A stretch of DNA of 64,000 nucleotides. It comes from Auanema rhodensis. Its lineage: Eukaryota > Animalia > Nematoda. Of this stretch, positions 1-12,144 are shown piece by piece. The stretch is from assembly GCA_964057225.1 (NCBI GenBank), contig OZ059894.1, positions 620,001 to 684,000 of the forward strand, written 5' to 3'. How positions within the stretch are numbered: position 1 is the stretch's first letter; each line of letters opens with the position of its first letter. The position numbers were made by a program, and so were the translations under genes. The notes below the pieces were generated by a model. That model did no database searches. It saw only the letters and a list, made by a program, of their open reading frames with translations, and had not been told where the DNA came from.

Positions 1-176
1 ATCACGTGTACATTTAATTAGCATAAATTAAAATTCACGTAAATTTCAAAGTCATGGTTACCATGCACCAATATCAATAAAAATTTGTTTTTAGACTAAT
101 ATGGACATGGGGAATCTAATTTTGAAAACCGCATCTCTTTATCTTTCACGTGGAGCAAGTTACATACCAAGTGCAC

Positions 177-3100
177 ATCACGTGTACATTTAATTAGCAT
201 AAATTAAAGTTCACGTAAATTTCAAAGTCATGGTTACCATGCACCAATATCAATAAAAATTTGTTTTTAGACTAATATGGACATGGGGAATCTAATTTTG
301 AAAACCGCATCTCTTTATCTTTCACGTGAAGCTAGTTACATACCAAGTGCACATCACGTGTACATTTAATTAGCATAAATTGAAGTTCACGTAAATTTCA
401 AAGTCATGGTTACCATGCACCAATATCAATAACAATTTGTTTTTAGACTAATATGGACATGGGGAATCTAATTTTGAAAACCGCATCTCTTTATCTCTCA
501 CGTGAAGCGAGTTACATACCAAGTGCACATCACGTGTACATTTAATTAGCATAAATTAAAGTTCACGTAAATTTCAAAGTCATGGTTACCATGAACCAAT
601 ATCAATAAAAATTTGTTTTTAGACTAATATGGACATGGGGAATCTAATTTTGAAAACCGCATCTCTTTATCTTTCACGTGAAGCAAGTTACATACCAAGT
701 GCACATCACGTGTACATTTAATTAGCATAAATTAAAGTTCACGTAAATTTCAAAGTCATGGTTACCATGCACCAATATCAATAAAAATTTGTTTTTAGAC
801 TAATATGGACATGGGGAATCTAATTTTGAAAACCGCATCTCTTTATCTTTCACGTGAAGCGAGTTACATACCAAGTGCACATCACGTGTACATTTAATTA
901 GCATAAATTAAAGTTCACGTAAATTTCAAAGTCATGGTTACCATGAACCAATATCAATAAAAATTTGTTTTTAGACTAATATGGACATGGGGAATCTAAT
1001 TTTGAAAACCGCATCTCTTTATCTTTCACGTGAAGCGAGTTACATACCAAGTGCACATCACGTGTACATTTAATTAGCATAAATTAAAGTTCACGTAATT
1101 TTCAAAGACATGGTTACCATGAACCAATATCAATAAAAATTTGTTTTTAGACTAATATGGATATGGGGAATCTAATTTTGAAAACCGCATCTCTTTATCT
1201 TTCACGTGAAGCGAGTTACATACCAAGTGCACATCACGTGTACATTTAATTAGCATAAATTAAAGTTCACGTAAATTTCAAAGTCATGGTTACCATGCAC
1301 CAATATCAATAAAAATTTGTTTTTAGACTAATATGGACATGGGGAATCTAATTTTGAAAACCGCATCTCTTTATCTTTCACGTGAAGCGAGTTACATACC
1401 AAGTGCACATCACGTGTACATTTAATTAGCATAAATTAAAGTTCACGTAAATTTCAAAGTCATGGTTACCAAGCACCAATATCAATAAAAATTTGTTTTT
1501 AGACTAATATGGACATGGGGAATCTAATTTTGAAAACCGCATCTCTTTATCTTTCACGTGAAGCGAGTTACATACCAAGTGCACATCACGTGTACATTTA
1601 ATTAGCATAAATTAAAGTTCACGTAAATTTCAAAGTCATGGTTACCATGAACCAATATCAATAAAAATTTGTTTTTAGACTAATATGGACATGGGGAATC
1701 TAATTTTGAAAACCGCATCTCTTTATCTTTCACGTGAAGCGAGTTACATACCAAGTGCACATCACGTGTACATTTAATTAGCATAAATTAAAATTCACGT
1801 AAATTTCAAAGTCATGGTTACCATGCACCAATATCAATAAAAATTTGTTTTTAGACTAATATGGACATGGGGAATCTAATTTTGAAAACCGCATCTCTTT
1901 ATCTTTCACGTGAAGCGAGTTACATACCAAGTGCACATCACGTGTACATTTAATTAGCATAAATTAAAGTTCACGTAATTTTCAAAGACATGGTTACCAT
2001 GCACCAATATCAATAAAAATTTGTTTTTAGACTAATAGGGACATGGGGAATCTAATTTTGAAAACCGCATCTCTTTATCTTTCACGTGAAGCGAGTTACA
2101 TACCAAGTGCACATCACGTGTACATTTAATTAGCATAAATTAAAGTTCACGTAAATTTCAAAGTCATGGTTACCATGAACCAATATCAATAAAAATTTGT
2201 TTTTAGACTAATATGGACATGGGAAATCTAATTTTGAAAACCGCATCTCTTTATCTTTCACGTGAAGCGAGTTACATACCAAGTGCACATCACGTGTACA
2301 TTTAATTAGCATAAATTAAAGTTCACGTAAATTTCAAAGTCATGGTTACCATGCACCAATATCAATAAAAATTTGTTTTTAGACTAATATGGACATGGGG
2401 AATCTAATTTTGAAAACCGCATCTCTTTATCTTTCACGTGAAGCGAGTTACATACCAAGTGCACATCACGTGTACATTTAATTAGCATAAATTAAAGTTC
2501 ACGTAAATTTCAAAGTCATGGTTACCATGCACCAATATCAATAAAAATTTGTTTTTAGACTAATATGGACATGGGGAATCTAATTTTGAAAACCGCATCT
2601 CTTTATCTTTCACGTGAAGCGAGTTACATACCAAGTGCACATCACGTGTACATTTAATTAGCATAAATTAAAGTTCACGTAAATTTCAAAGTCATGGTTA
2701 CCATGCACCAATATCAATAAAAATTTGTTTTTAGACTAATATGGACATGGGGAATCTAATTTTGAAAACCGCATCTCTTTATCTTTCACGTGAAGCTAGT
2801 TACATACCAAGTGCACATCACGTGTACATTTAATTAGCATAAATTGAAGTTCACGTAAATTTCAAAGTCATGGTTACCATGCACCAATATCAATAACAAT
2901 TTGTTTTTAGACTAATATGGACATGGGGAATCTAATTTTGAAAACCGCATCTCTTTATCTCTCACGTGAAGCGAGTTACATACCAAGTGCACATCACGTG
3001 TACATTTAATTAGCATAAATTAAAGTTCACGTAAATTTCAAAGTCATGGTTACCATGAACCAATATCAATAAAAATTTGTTTTTAGACTAATATGGACAT

Positions 3101-5280
3101 GGGGAATCTAATTTTGAAAACCGCATCTCTTTATCTTTCACGTGAAGCAAGTTACATACCAAGTGCACATCACGTGTACATTTAATTAGCATAAATTAAA
3201 GTTCACGTAAATTTCAAAGTCATGGTTACCATGCACCAATATCAATAAAAATTTGTTTTTAGACTAATATGGACATGGGGAATCTAATTTTGAAAACCGC
3301 ATCTCTTTATCTTTCACGTGAAGCGAGTTACATACCAAGTGCACATCACGTGTACATTTAATTAGCATAAATTAAAGTTCACGTAAATTTCAAAGTCATG
3401 GTTACCATGAACCAATATCAATAAAAATTTGTTTTTAGACTAATATGGACATGGGGAATCTAATTTTGAAAACCGCATCTCTTTATCTTTCACGTGAAGC
3501 GAGTTACATACCAAGTGCACATCACGTGTACATTTAATTAGCATAAATTAAAGTTCACGTAATTTTCAAAGACATGGTTACCATGAACCAATATCAATAA
3601 AAATTTGTTTTTAGACTAATATGGATATGGGGAATCTAATTTTGAAAACCGCATCTCTTTATCTTTCACGTGAAGCGAGTTACATACCAAGTGCACATCA
3701 CGTGTACATTTAATTAGCATAAATTAAAGTTCACGTAAATTTCAAAGTCATGGTTACCATGCACCAATATCAATAAAAATTTGTTTTTAGACTAATATGG
3801 ACATGGGGAATCTAATTTTGAAAACCGCATCTCTTTATCTTTCACGTGAAGCGAGTTACATACCAAGTGCACATCACGTGTACATTTAATTGGCATAAAT
3901 TAAAGTTCACGTAAATTTCAAAGTCATGGTTACCATGCACCAATATCAATAACAATTTGTTTTTAGACTAATATGGACATGGGGAATCTAATTTTGAAAA
4001 CCGCATCTCTTTATCTTTCACGTGAAGCGAGTTACATACCAAGTGCACATCACGTGTACATTTAATTAGCATAAATTAAAGTTCACGTAAATTTCAAAGT
4101 CATGGTTACCAAGCACCAATATCAATAAAAATTTGTTTTTAGACTAATATGGACATGGGGAATCTAATTTTGAAAACCGCATCTCTTTATCTTTCACGTG
4201 AAGCGAGTTACATACCAAGTGCACATCACGTGTACATTTAATTAGCATAAATTAAAGTTCACGTAAATTTCAAAGTCATGGTTACCATGAACCAATATCA
4301 ATAAAAATTTGTTTTTAGACTAATATGGACATGGGGAATCTAATTTTGAAAACCGCATCTCTTTATCTTTCACGTGAAGCGAGTTACATACCAAGTGCAC
4401 ATCACGTGTACATTTAATTAGCATAAATTAAAATTCACGTAAATTTCAAAGTCATGGTTACCATGCACCAATATCAATAAAAATTTGTTTTTAGACTAAT
4501 ATGGACATGGGGAATCTAATTTTGAAAACCGCATCTCTTTATCTTTCACGTGAAGCGAGTTACATACCAAGTGCACATCACGTGTACATTTAATTAGCAT
4601 AAATTAAAGTTCACGTAATTTTCAAAGACATGGTTACCATGCACCAATATCAATAAAAATTTGTTTTTAGACTAATAGGGACATGGGGAATCTAATTTTG
4701 AAAACCGCATCTCTTTATCTTTCACGTGAAGCGAGTTACATACCAAGTGCACATCACGTGTACATTTAATTAGCATAAATTAAAGTTCACGTAAATTTCA
4801 AAGTCATGGTTACCATGAACCAATATCAATAAAAATTTGTTTTTAGACTAATATGGACATGGGAAATCTAATTTTGAAAACCGCATCTCTTTATCTTTCA
4901 CGTGAAGCGAGTTACATACCAAGTGCACATCACGTGTACATTTAATTAGCATAAATTAAAGTTCACGTAAATTTCAAAGTCATGGTTACCATGCACCAAT
5001 ATCAATAAAAATTTGTTTTTAGACTAATATGGACATGGGGAATCTAATTTTGAAAACCGCATCTCTTTATCTTTCACGTGAAGCGAGTTACATACCAAGT
5101 GCACATCACGTGTACATTTAATTAGCATAAATTAAAGTTCACGTAAATTTCAAAGTCATGGTTACCATGCACCAATATCAATAAAAATTTGTTTTTAGAC
5201 TAATATGGACATGGGGAATCTAATTTTGAAAACCGCATCTCTTTATCTTTCACGTGAAGCGAGTTACATACCAAGTGCAC
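177..5280. repeat. Higher-order tandem duplication: 14-mer (177-2640) and 15-mer (2641-5280)
   Basis: The same ordered marker series occurs twice: G157T; A30G/A81C/T145C; G157A; A43T/T52A/C106T; T64A; G33A; T102G; G112A. The second copy has one extra monomer (3873-4048, A20G/A81C). Confidence 0.9.
705..880 (+). repeat. Representative consensus monomer (C66 type), 176 bp
   Basis: Matches the majority base at every position; 57 G+C of 176 by hand count; 5 CpG. Confidence 0.97.
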
Positions 5281-8200
5281 ATCACGTGTACATTTAATTA
5301 GCATAAATTAAAGTTCACGTAAATTTCAAAGTCATGGTTACCATGAACCAATATCAATAAAAATTTGTTTTTAGACTAATATGGACATGGGGAATCTAAT
5401 TTTGAAAACCGCATCTCTTTATCTTTCACGTGAAGCGAGTTACATACCAAGTGCACATCACGTGTACATTTAATTAGCATAAATTAAAGTTCACGTAAAT
5501 TTCAAAGTCATGGTTACCATGCACCAATATCAATAAAAATTTGTTTTTAGACTAATATGGACATGGGGAATCTAATTTTGAAAACCGCATCTCTTCATCT
5601 TTCACGTGAAGCGAGTTACATACCAAGTGCACATCACGAGTACATTTAATTAGCATAAATTAAAGTTCACGTAAATTTCAAAGTCATGGTTACCATGCAC
5701 CAATATCAATAAAACTTTGTTTTTAGACTAATATGGACATGGGGAATCTAATTTTGAAAACCGCATCTCTTTATCTTTCACGTGAAGCGAGTTACATACC
5801 AAGTGCACATCACGTGTACATTTAATTAGCATAAATTAAAGTTCACGTAAATTTCAAAGTCATGGTTACCATGAACCAATATCAATAAAAATTTGTTTTT
5901 AGACTAATATGGACATGGGGAATCTAATTTTGAAAACCGCATCTCTTTATCTTTCACGTGAAGCGAGTTACATACCAAGTGCACATCACGTGTACATTTA
6001 ATTAGCATAAATTAAAGTTCGCGTAAATTTCAAAGTCATGGTTACCATGCACCAATATCAATAAAACTTTGTTTTTAGACTAATATGGACATGGGGAATC
6101 TAATTTTGAAAACCGCATCTCTTTATCTTTCACGTGAAGCGAGTTACATACCAAGTGCACATCACGTGTACATTTAATTAGCATAAATTAAAGTTCACGT
6201 AAATTTCAAAGTCATGGTTACCATGCACCAATATCAATAAAAATTTGTTTTTAGACTAATATGGACATGGGGAATCTAATTTTGAAAACCGCATCTCTTT
6301 ATCTTTCACGTGAAGCGAGTTACATACCAAGTGCACATCACGTGTACATTTAATTAGCATAAATTAAAGTTCACGTAAATTTCAAAGTCATGGTTACCAT
6401 GCACCAATATCAATAAAAATTTGTTTTTAGACTAATATGGACATGGGGAATCTAATTTTGAAAACCGCATCTCTTTATCTTTCACGTGAAGCTAGTTACA
6501 TACCAAGTGCACATCACGTGTACATTTAATTAGCATAAATTAAAGTTCACGTAAATTTCAAAGTCATGGTTACCATGCACCAATATCAATAAAAATTTGT
6601 TTTTAGACTAATATGGACATGGGGAATCTAATTTTGAAAACCGCATCTCTTTATCTTTCACGTGAAGCGAGTTACATACCAAGTGCACATCACGTGTACA
6701 TTTAATTAGCATAAATTAAAGTTCACGTAAATTTCAAAGTCATGGTTACCATGAACCAATATCAATAAAAATTTGTTTTTAGACTAATATGGACATGGGG
6801 AATCTAATTTTGAAAACCGCATCTCTTTATCTTTCACGTGAAGCAAGTTACATACAAAGTGCACATCACGTGTACATTTAATTAGCATAAATTAAAGTTC
6901 ACGTAAATTTCAAAGTCATGGTTACCATGCACCAATATCGATAAAAATTTGTTTTTAGACTAATATGGACATGGGGAATCTAATTTTGAAAACCGCATCT
7001 CTTTATCTTTCACGTGAAGCGAGTTACATACCAAGTGCACATCACGTGTACATTTAATTAGCATAAATTAAAGTTCACGTAAATTTCAAAGTCATGGTTA
7101 CCATGAACCAATATCAATAAAAATTTGTTTTTAGACTAATATGGACATGGGGAATCCAATTTTGAAAACCGCATCTCTTTATCTTTCACGTGAAGCGAGT
7201 TACATACCAAGTGCACATCACGTGTACATTTAATTAGCATAAATTAAAGTTCACGTAAATTTCAAAGTCATGGTTACCATGAACCAATATCAATAAAAAT
7301 TTGTTTTTAGACTAATATGGACATGGGGAATCTAATTTTGAAAACCGCATCTCTTTATCTTTCACGTGAAGCGAGTTACATACCAAGTGCACATCACGTG
7401 TACATTTAATTAGCATAAATTAAAGTTCACGTAAATTTCAAAGTCATGGTTACCATGCACCAATATCAATAAAAATTTGTTTTTAGACTAATATGGACAT
7501 GGGGAATCTAATTTTGCAAACCGCATCTCTTTATCTTTCACGTGAAGCGAGTTACATACCAAGTGCACATCACGTGTACATTTAATTAGCATAAATTAAA
7601 GTTCACGTAATTTTCAAAGACATGGTTACCATGAACCAATATCAATAAAAATTTGTTTTTAGACTAATATGGACATGGGGAATCTAATTTTGAAAACCGC
7701 ATCTCTTTATCTTTCACGTGAAGCGAGCTACATACCAAGTGCACATCACGTGTACATTTAATTAGCATAAATTAAAGTTCACGTAAATTTCAAAGTCATG
7801 GTTACCATGAACCAATATCAATAAAAATTTGTTTTTAGACTAATATGGACATGGGGAATCTAATTTTGAAAACCGCATCTCTTTATCTTTCACGTGAAGC
7901 GAGTTACATACCAAGTGCACATCACGTGTACATTTAATTAGCATAAATTAAAGTTCACGTAAATTTCAAAGTCATGGTTACCATGAACCAATATCAATAA
8001 AAATTTGTTTTAAGACTAATATGGACATGGGGAATCTAATTTTGAAAACCGCATCTCTTTATCTTTCACGTGAAGCGAGTTACATACCAAGTGCACATCA
8101 CGTGTACATTTAATTAGCATAAATTAAAGTTCACGTAAATTTCAAAGTCATGGTTACCATGCACCAATATCAATAAAAATTTGTTTTTAGACTAATATGG

Positions 8201-11200
8201 ACATGGGGAATCTAATTTTGAAAACCGCATCTTTTTATCTTTTACGTGAAGCGAGTTACATACCAAGTGCACATCACGTGTACATTTAATTAGCATAAAT
8301 TAAAGTTCACGTAATTTTCAAAGACATGGTTACCATGAACCAATATCAATAAAAATTTGTTTTTAGACTAATATGGACATGGGGAATCTAATTTTGAAAA
8401 CCGCATCTCTTTATCTTTCACGTGAAGCGAGCTACATACCAAGTGCACATCACGTGTACATTTAATTAGCATAAATTAAAGTTCACGTAAATTTCAAAGT
8501 CATGGTTACCATGAACCAATATCAATAAAAATTTGTTTTTAGACTAATATGGACATGGGGAATCTAATTTTGAAAACCGCATCTCTTTATCTTTCACGTG
8601 AAGCGAGTTACATACCAAGTGCACATCACGTGTACATTTAATTAGCATAAATTAAAGTTCACGTAAATTTCAAAGTCATGGTTACCATGAACCAATATCA
8701 ATAAAAATTTGTTTTCAGACTAATATGGACATGGGGAATCTAATTTTGAAAACCGCATCTCTTTATCTTTCACGTGAAGCGAGTTACATACCAAGTGCAC
8801 ATCACGTGTACATTTAATTAGCATAAATTAAAGTTCACGTAAATTTCAAAGTCATGGTTACCATGCACCAATATCAATAAAACTTTGTTTTTAGACTAAT
8901 ATGGACATGGGGAATCTAATTTTGAAAACCGCATCTCTTTATCTTTCACGTGAAGCGAGTTACATACCAAGTGCACATCACGTGTACATTTAATTAGCAT
9001 AAATTAAAGTTCACGTAAATTTCAAAGTCATGGTTACCATGAACCAATATCAATAAAAATTTGTTTTTAGACTAATATGGACATGGGGAATCTAATTTTG
9101 AAAACCGCATCTCTTTATCTTTCACGTGAAGCAAGTTACATACCAAGTGCACATCACGTGTACATTTAATTAGCATAAATTAAAGTTCACGTAAATTTCA
9201 AAGTCATGGTTACCATGCACCAATATCAATAAAAATTTGTTTTTAGACTAATATGGACATGGGGAATCTAATTTTGAAAACCGAATCTCTTTATCTTTCA
9301 CGTGAAGCGAGTTACATACCAAGTGCACATCACGTGTACATTTAATTAGCATAAATTAAAGTTCACGTAAATTTCAAAGTCATGGTTACCATGAACCAAT
9401 ATCAATAAAAATTTGTTTTTAGACTAATATGGACATGGGGAATCTAATTTTGAAAACCGCATCTCTTTATCTTTCACGTGAAGCGAGTTACATACCAAGT
9501 GCACATCACGTGTACATTTAATTAGCATAAATTAAAGTTCACGTAAATTTCAAAGTCATGGTTACCATGCACCAATATCAATAAAACTTTGTTTTTAGAC
9601 TAATATGGACATGGGGAATCTAATTTTGAAAACCGCATCTCTTTATCTTTCACGTGAAGCGAGTTACATACCAAGTGCACATCACGTGTACATTTAATTA
9701 GCATAAATTAAAGTTCACGTAAATTTCAAAGTCATGGTTACCATGCACCAATATCAATAAAAATTTGTTTTTAGACTAATATGGACATGGGGAATCTAAT
9801 TTTGAAAACCGCATCTCTTTATCTTTCACGTGAAGCGAGTTACATACCAAGTGCACATCACGTGTACATTTAATTAGCATAAATTAAAGTTCACGTAAAT
9901 TTCAAAGTCATGGTTACCATGCACCAATATCAATAAAAATTTGTTTTTAGACTAATATGGACATGGGGAATCTAATTTTGAAAACCGCATCTCTTTATCT
10001 TTCACGTGAAGCTAGTTACATACCAAGTGCACATCACGTGTACATTTAATTAGCATAAATTAAAGTTCACGTAAATTTCAAAGTCATGGTTACCATGCAC
10101 CAATATCAATAAAAATTTGTTTTTAGACTAATATGGACATGGGGAATCTAATTTTGAAAACCGCATCTCTTTATCTTTCACGTGAAGCGAGTTACATACC
10201 AAGTGCACATCACGTGTACATTTAATTAGCATAAATTAAAGTTCACGTAAATTTCAAAGTCATGGTTACCATGCACCAATATCAATAAAAATTTGTTTTT
10301 AGACTAATATGGACATGGGGAATCTAATTTTGAAAACCGCATCTCTTTATCTTTCACGTGAAGCTAGTTACATACCAAGTGCACATCACGTGTACATTTA
10401 ATTAGCATAAATTAAAGTTCACGTAAATTTCAAAGTCATGGTTACCATGAACCAATATCAATAAAAATTTGTTTTTAGACTAATATGGACATGGGGAATC
10501 TAATTTTGAAAACCGCATCTCTTTATCTTTCACGTGAAGCTAGTTACATACCAAGTGCACATCACGTGTACATTTAATTAGCATAAATTAAAGTTCACGT
10601 AAATTTCAAAGTCATGGTTACCATGCACCAATATCAATAAAAATTTGTTTTTAGACTAATATGGACATGGGGAATCTAATTTTGAAAACCGCATCTCTTT
10701 ATCTTTCACGTGAAGCGAGTTACATACCAAGTGCACATCACGTGTACATTTAATTAGCATAAATTAAAGTTCACGTAAATTTCAAAGTCATGGTTACCAT
10801 GCACCAATATCAATAAAAATTTGTTTTTAGACTAATATGGACATGGGGAATCTAATTTTGAAAACCGCATCTCTTTATCTTTCACGTGAAGCTAGTTACA
10901 TACCAAGTGCACATCACGTGTACATTTAATTAGCATAAATTAAAGTTCACGTAAATTTCAAAGTCATGGTTACCATGCACCAATATCAATAAAAATTTGT
11001 TTTTAGACTAATATGGACATGGGGAATCTAATTTTGAAAACCGCATCTCTTTATCTTTCACGTGAAGCGAGTTACATACCAAGTGCACATCACGTGTACA
11101 TTTAATTAGCATAAATTAAAGTTCACGTAAATTTCAAAGTCATGGTTACCATGAACCAATATCAATAAAAATTTGTTTTTAGACTAATATGGACATGGGG

Positions 11201-12144
11201 AATCTAATTTTGAAAACCGCATCTCTTTATCTTTCACGTGAAGCAAGTTACATACAAAGTGCACATCACGTGTACATTTAATTAGCATAAATTAAAGTTC
11301 ACGTAAATTTCAAAGTCATGGTTACCATGCACCAATATCGATAAAAATTTGTTTTTAGACTAATATGGACATGGGGAATCTAATTTTGAAAACCGCATCT
11401 CTTTATCTTTCACGTGAAGCGAGTTACATACCAAGTGCACATCACGTGTACATTTAATTAGCATAAATTAAAGTTCACGTAAATTTCAAAGTCATGGTTA
11501 CCATGCACCAATATCAATAAAAATTTGTTTTTAGACTAATATGGACATGGGGAATCTAATTTTGAAAACCGCATCTCTTTATCTTTCACGTGAAGCTAGT
11601 TACATACCAAGTGCACATCACGTGTACATTTAATTAGCATAAATTAAAGTTCACGTAAATTTCAAAGTCATGGTTACCATGCACCAATATCAATAAAAAT
11701 TTGTTTTTAGACTAATATGGACATGGGGAATCTAATTTTGAAAACCGCATCTCTTTATCTTTCACGTGAAGCGAGTTACATACCAAGTGCACATCACGTG
11801 TACATTTAATTAGCATAAATTAAAGTTCACGTAAATTTCAAAGTCATGGTTACCATGCACCAATATCAATAAAAATTTGTTTTTAGACTAATATGGACAT
11901 GGGGAATCTAATTTTGAAAACCGCATCTCTTTATCTTTCACGTGAAGCTAGTTACATACCAAGTGCACATCACGTGTACATTTAATTAGCATAAATTAAA
12001 GTTCACGTAAATTTCAAAGTCATGGTTACCATGCACCAATATCAATAAAAATTTGTTTTTAGACTAATATGGACATGGGGAATCTGATTTTGAAAATCGC
12101 ATCTCTTTATCTTTCACGTGAAGCGAGTTACATACCAAGTGCAC

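Noticed and set aside
705-810. Resemblance to a budding-yeast point centromere: ATCACGTG (CDEI consensus RTCACRTG), 77-bp spacer, then TGTTTTT
   Set aside because: The essential CDEIII TTCCGAA core is missing, the spacer is far below the >90% AT of CDEII, and point centromeres are not tandemly arrayed.
805-897. 30-codon ORF in almost every unit (MDMGNLILKTASLYLSREASYIPSAHHVYI*), with an AATAAA about 60 bp downstream
   Set aside because: The length is expected by chance and I recognise no protein similarity. Variants inside it are mostly non-synonymous (roughly a third synonymous), so there is no sign of coding constraint. AATAAA is common in AT-rich DNA. Ribo-seq or proteomics would be needed.
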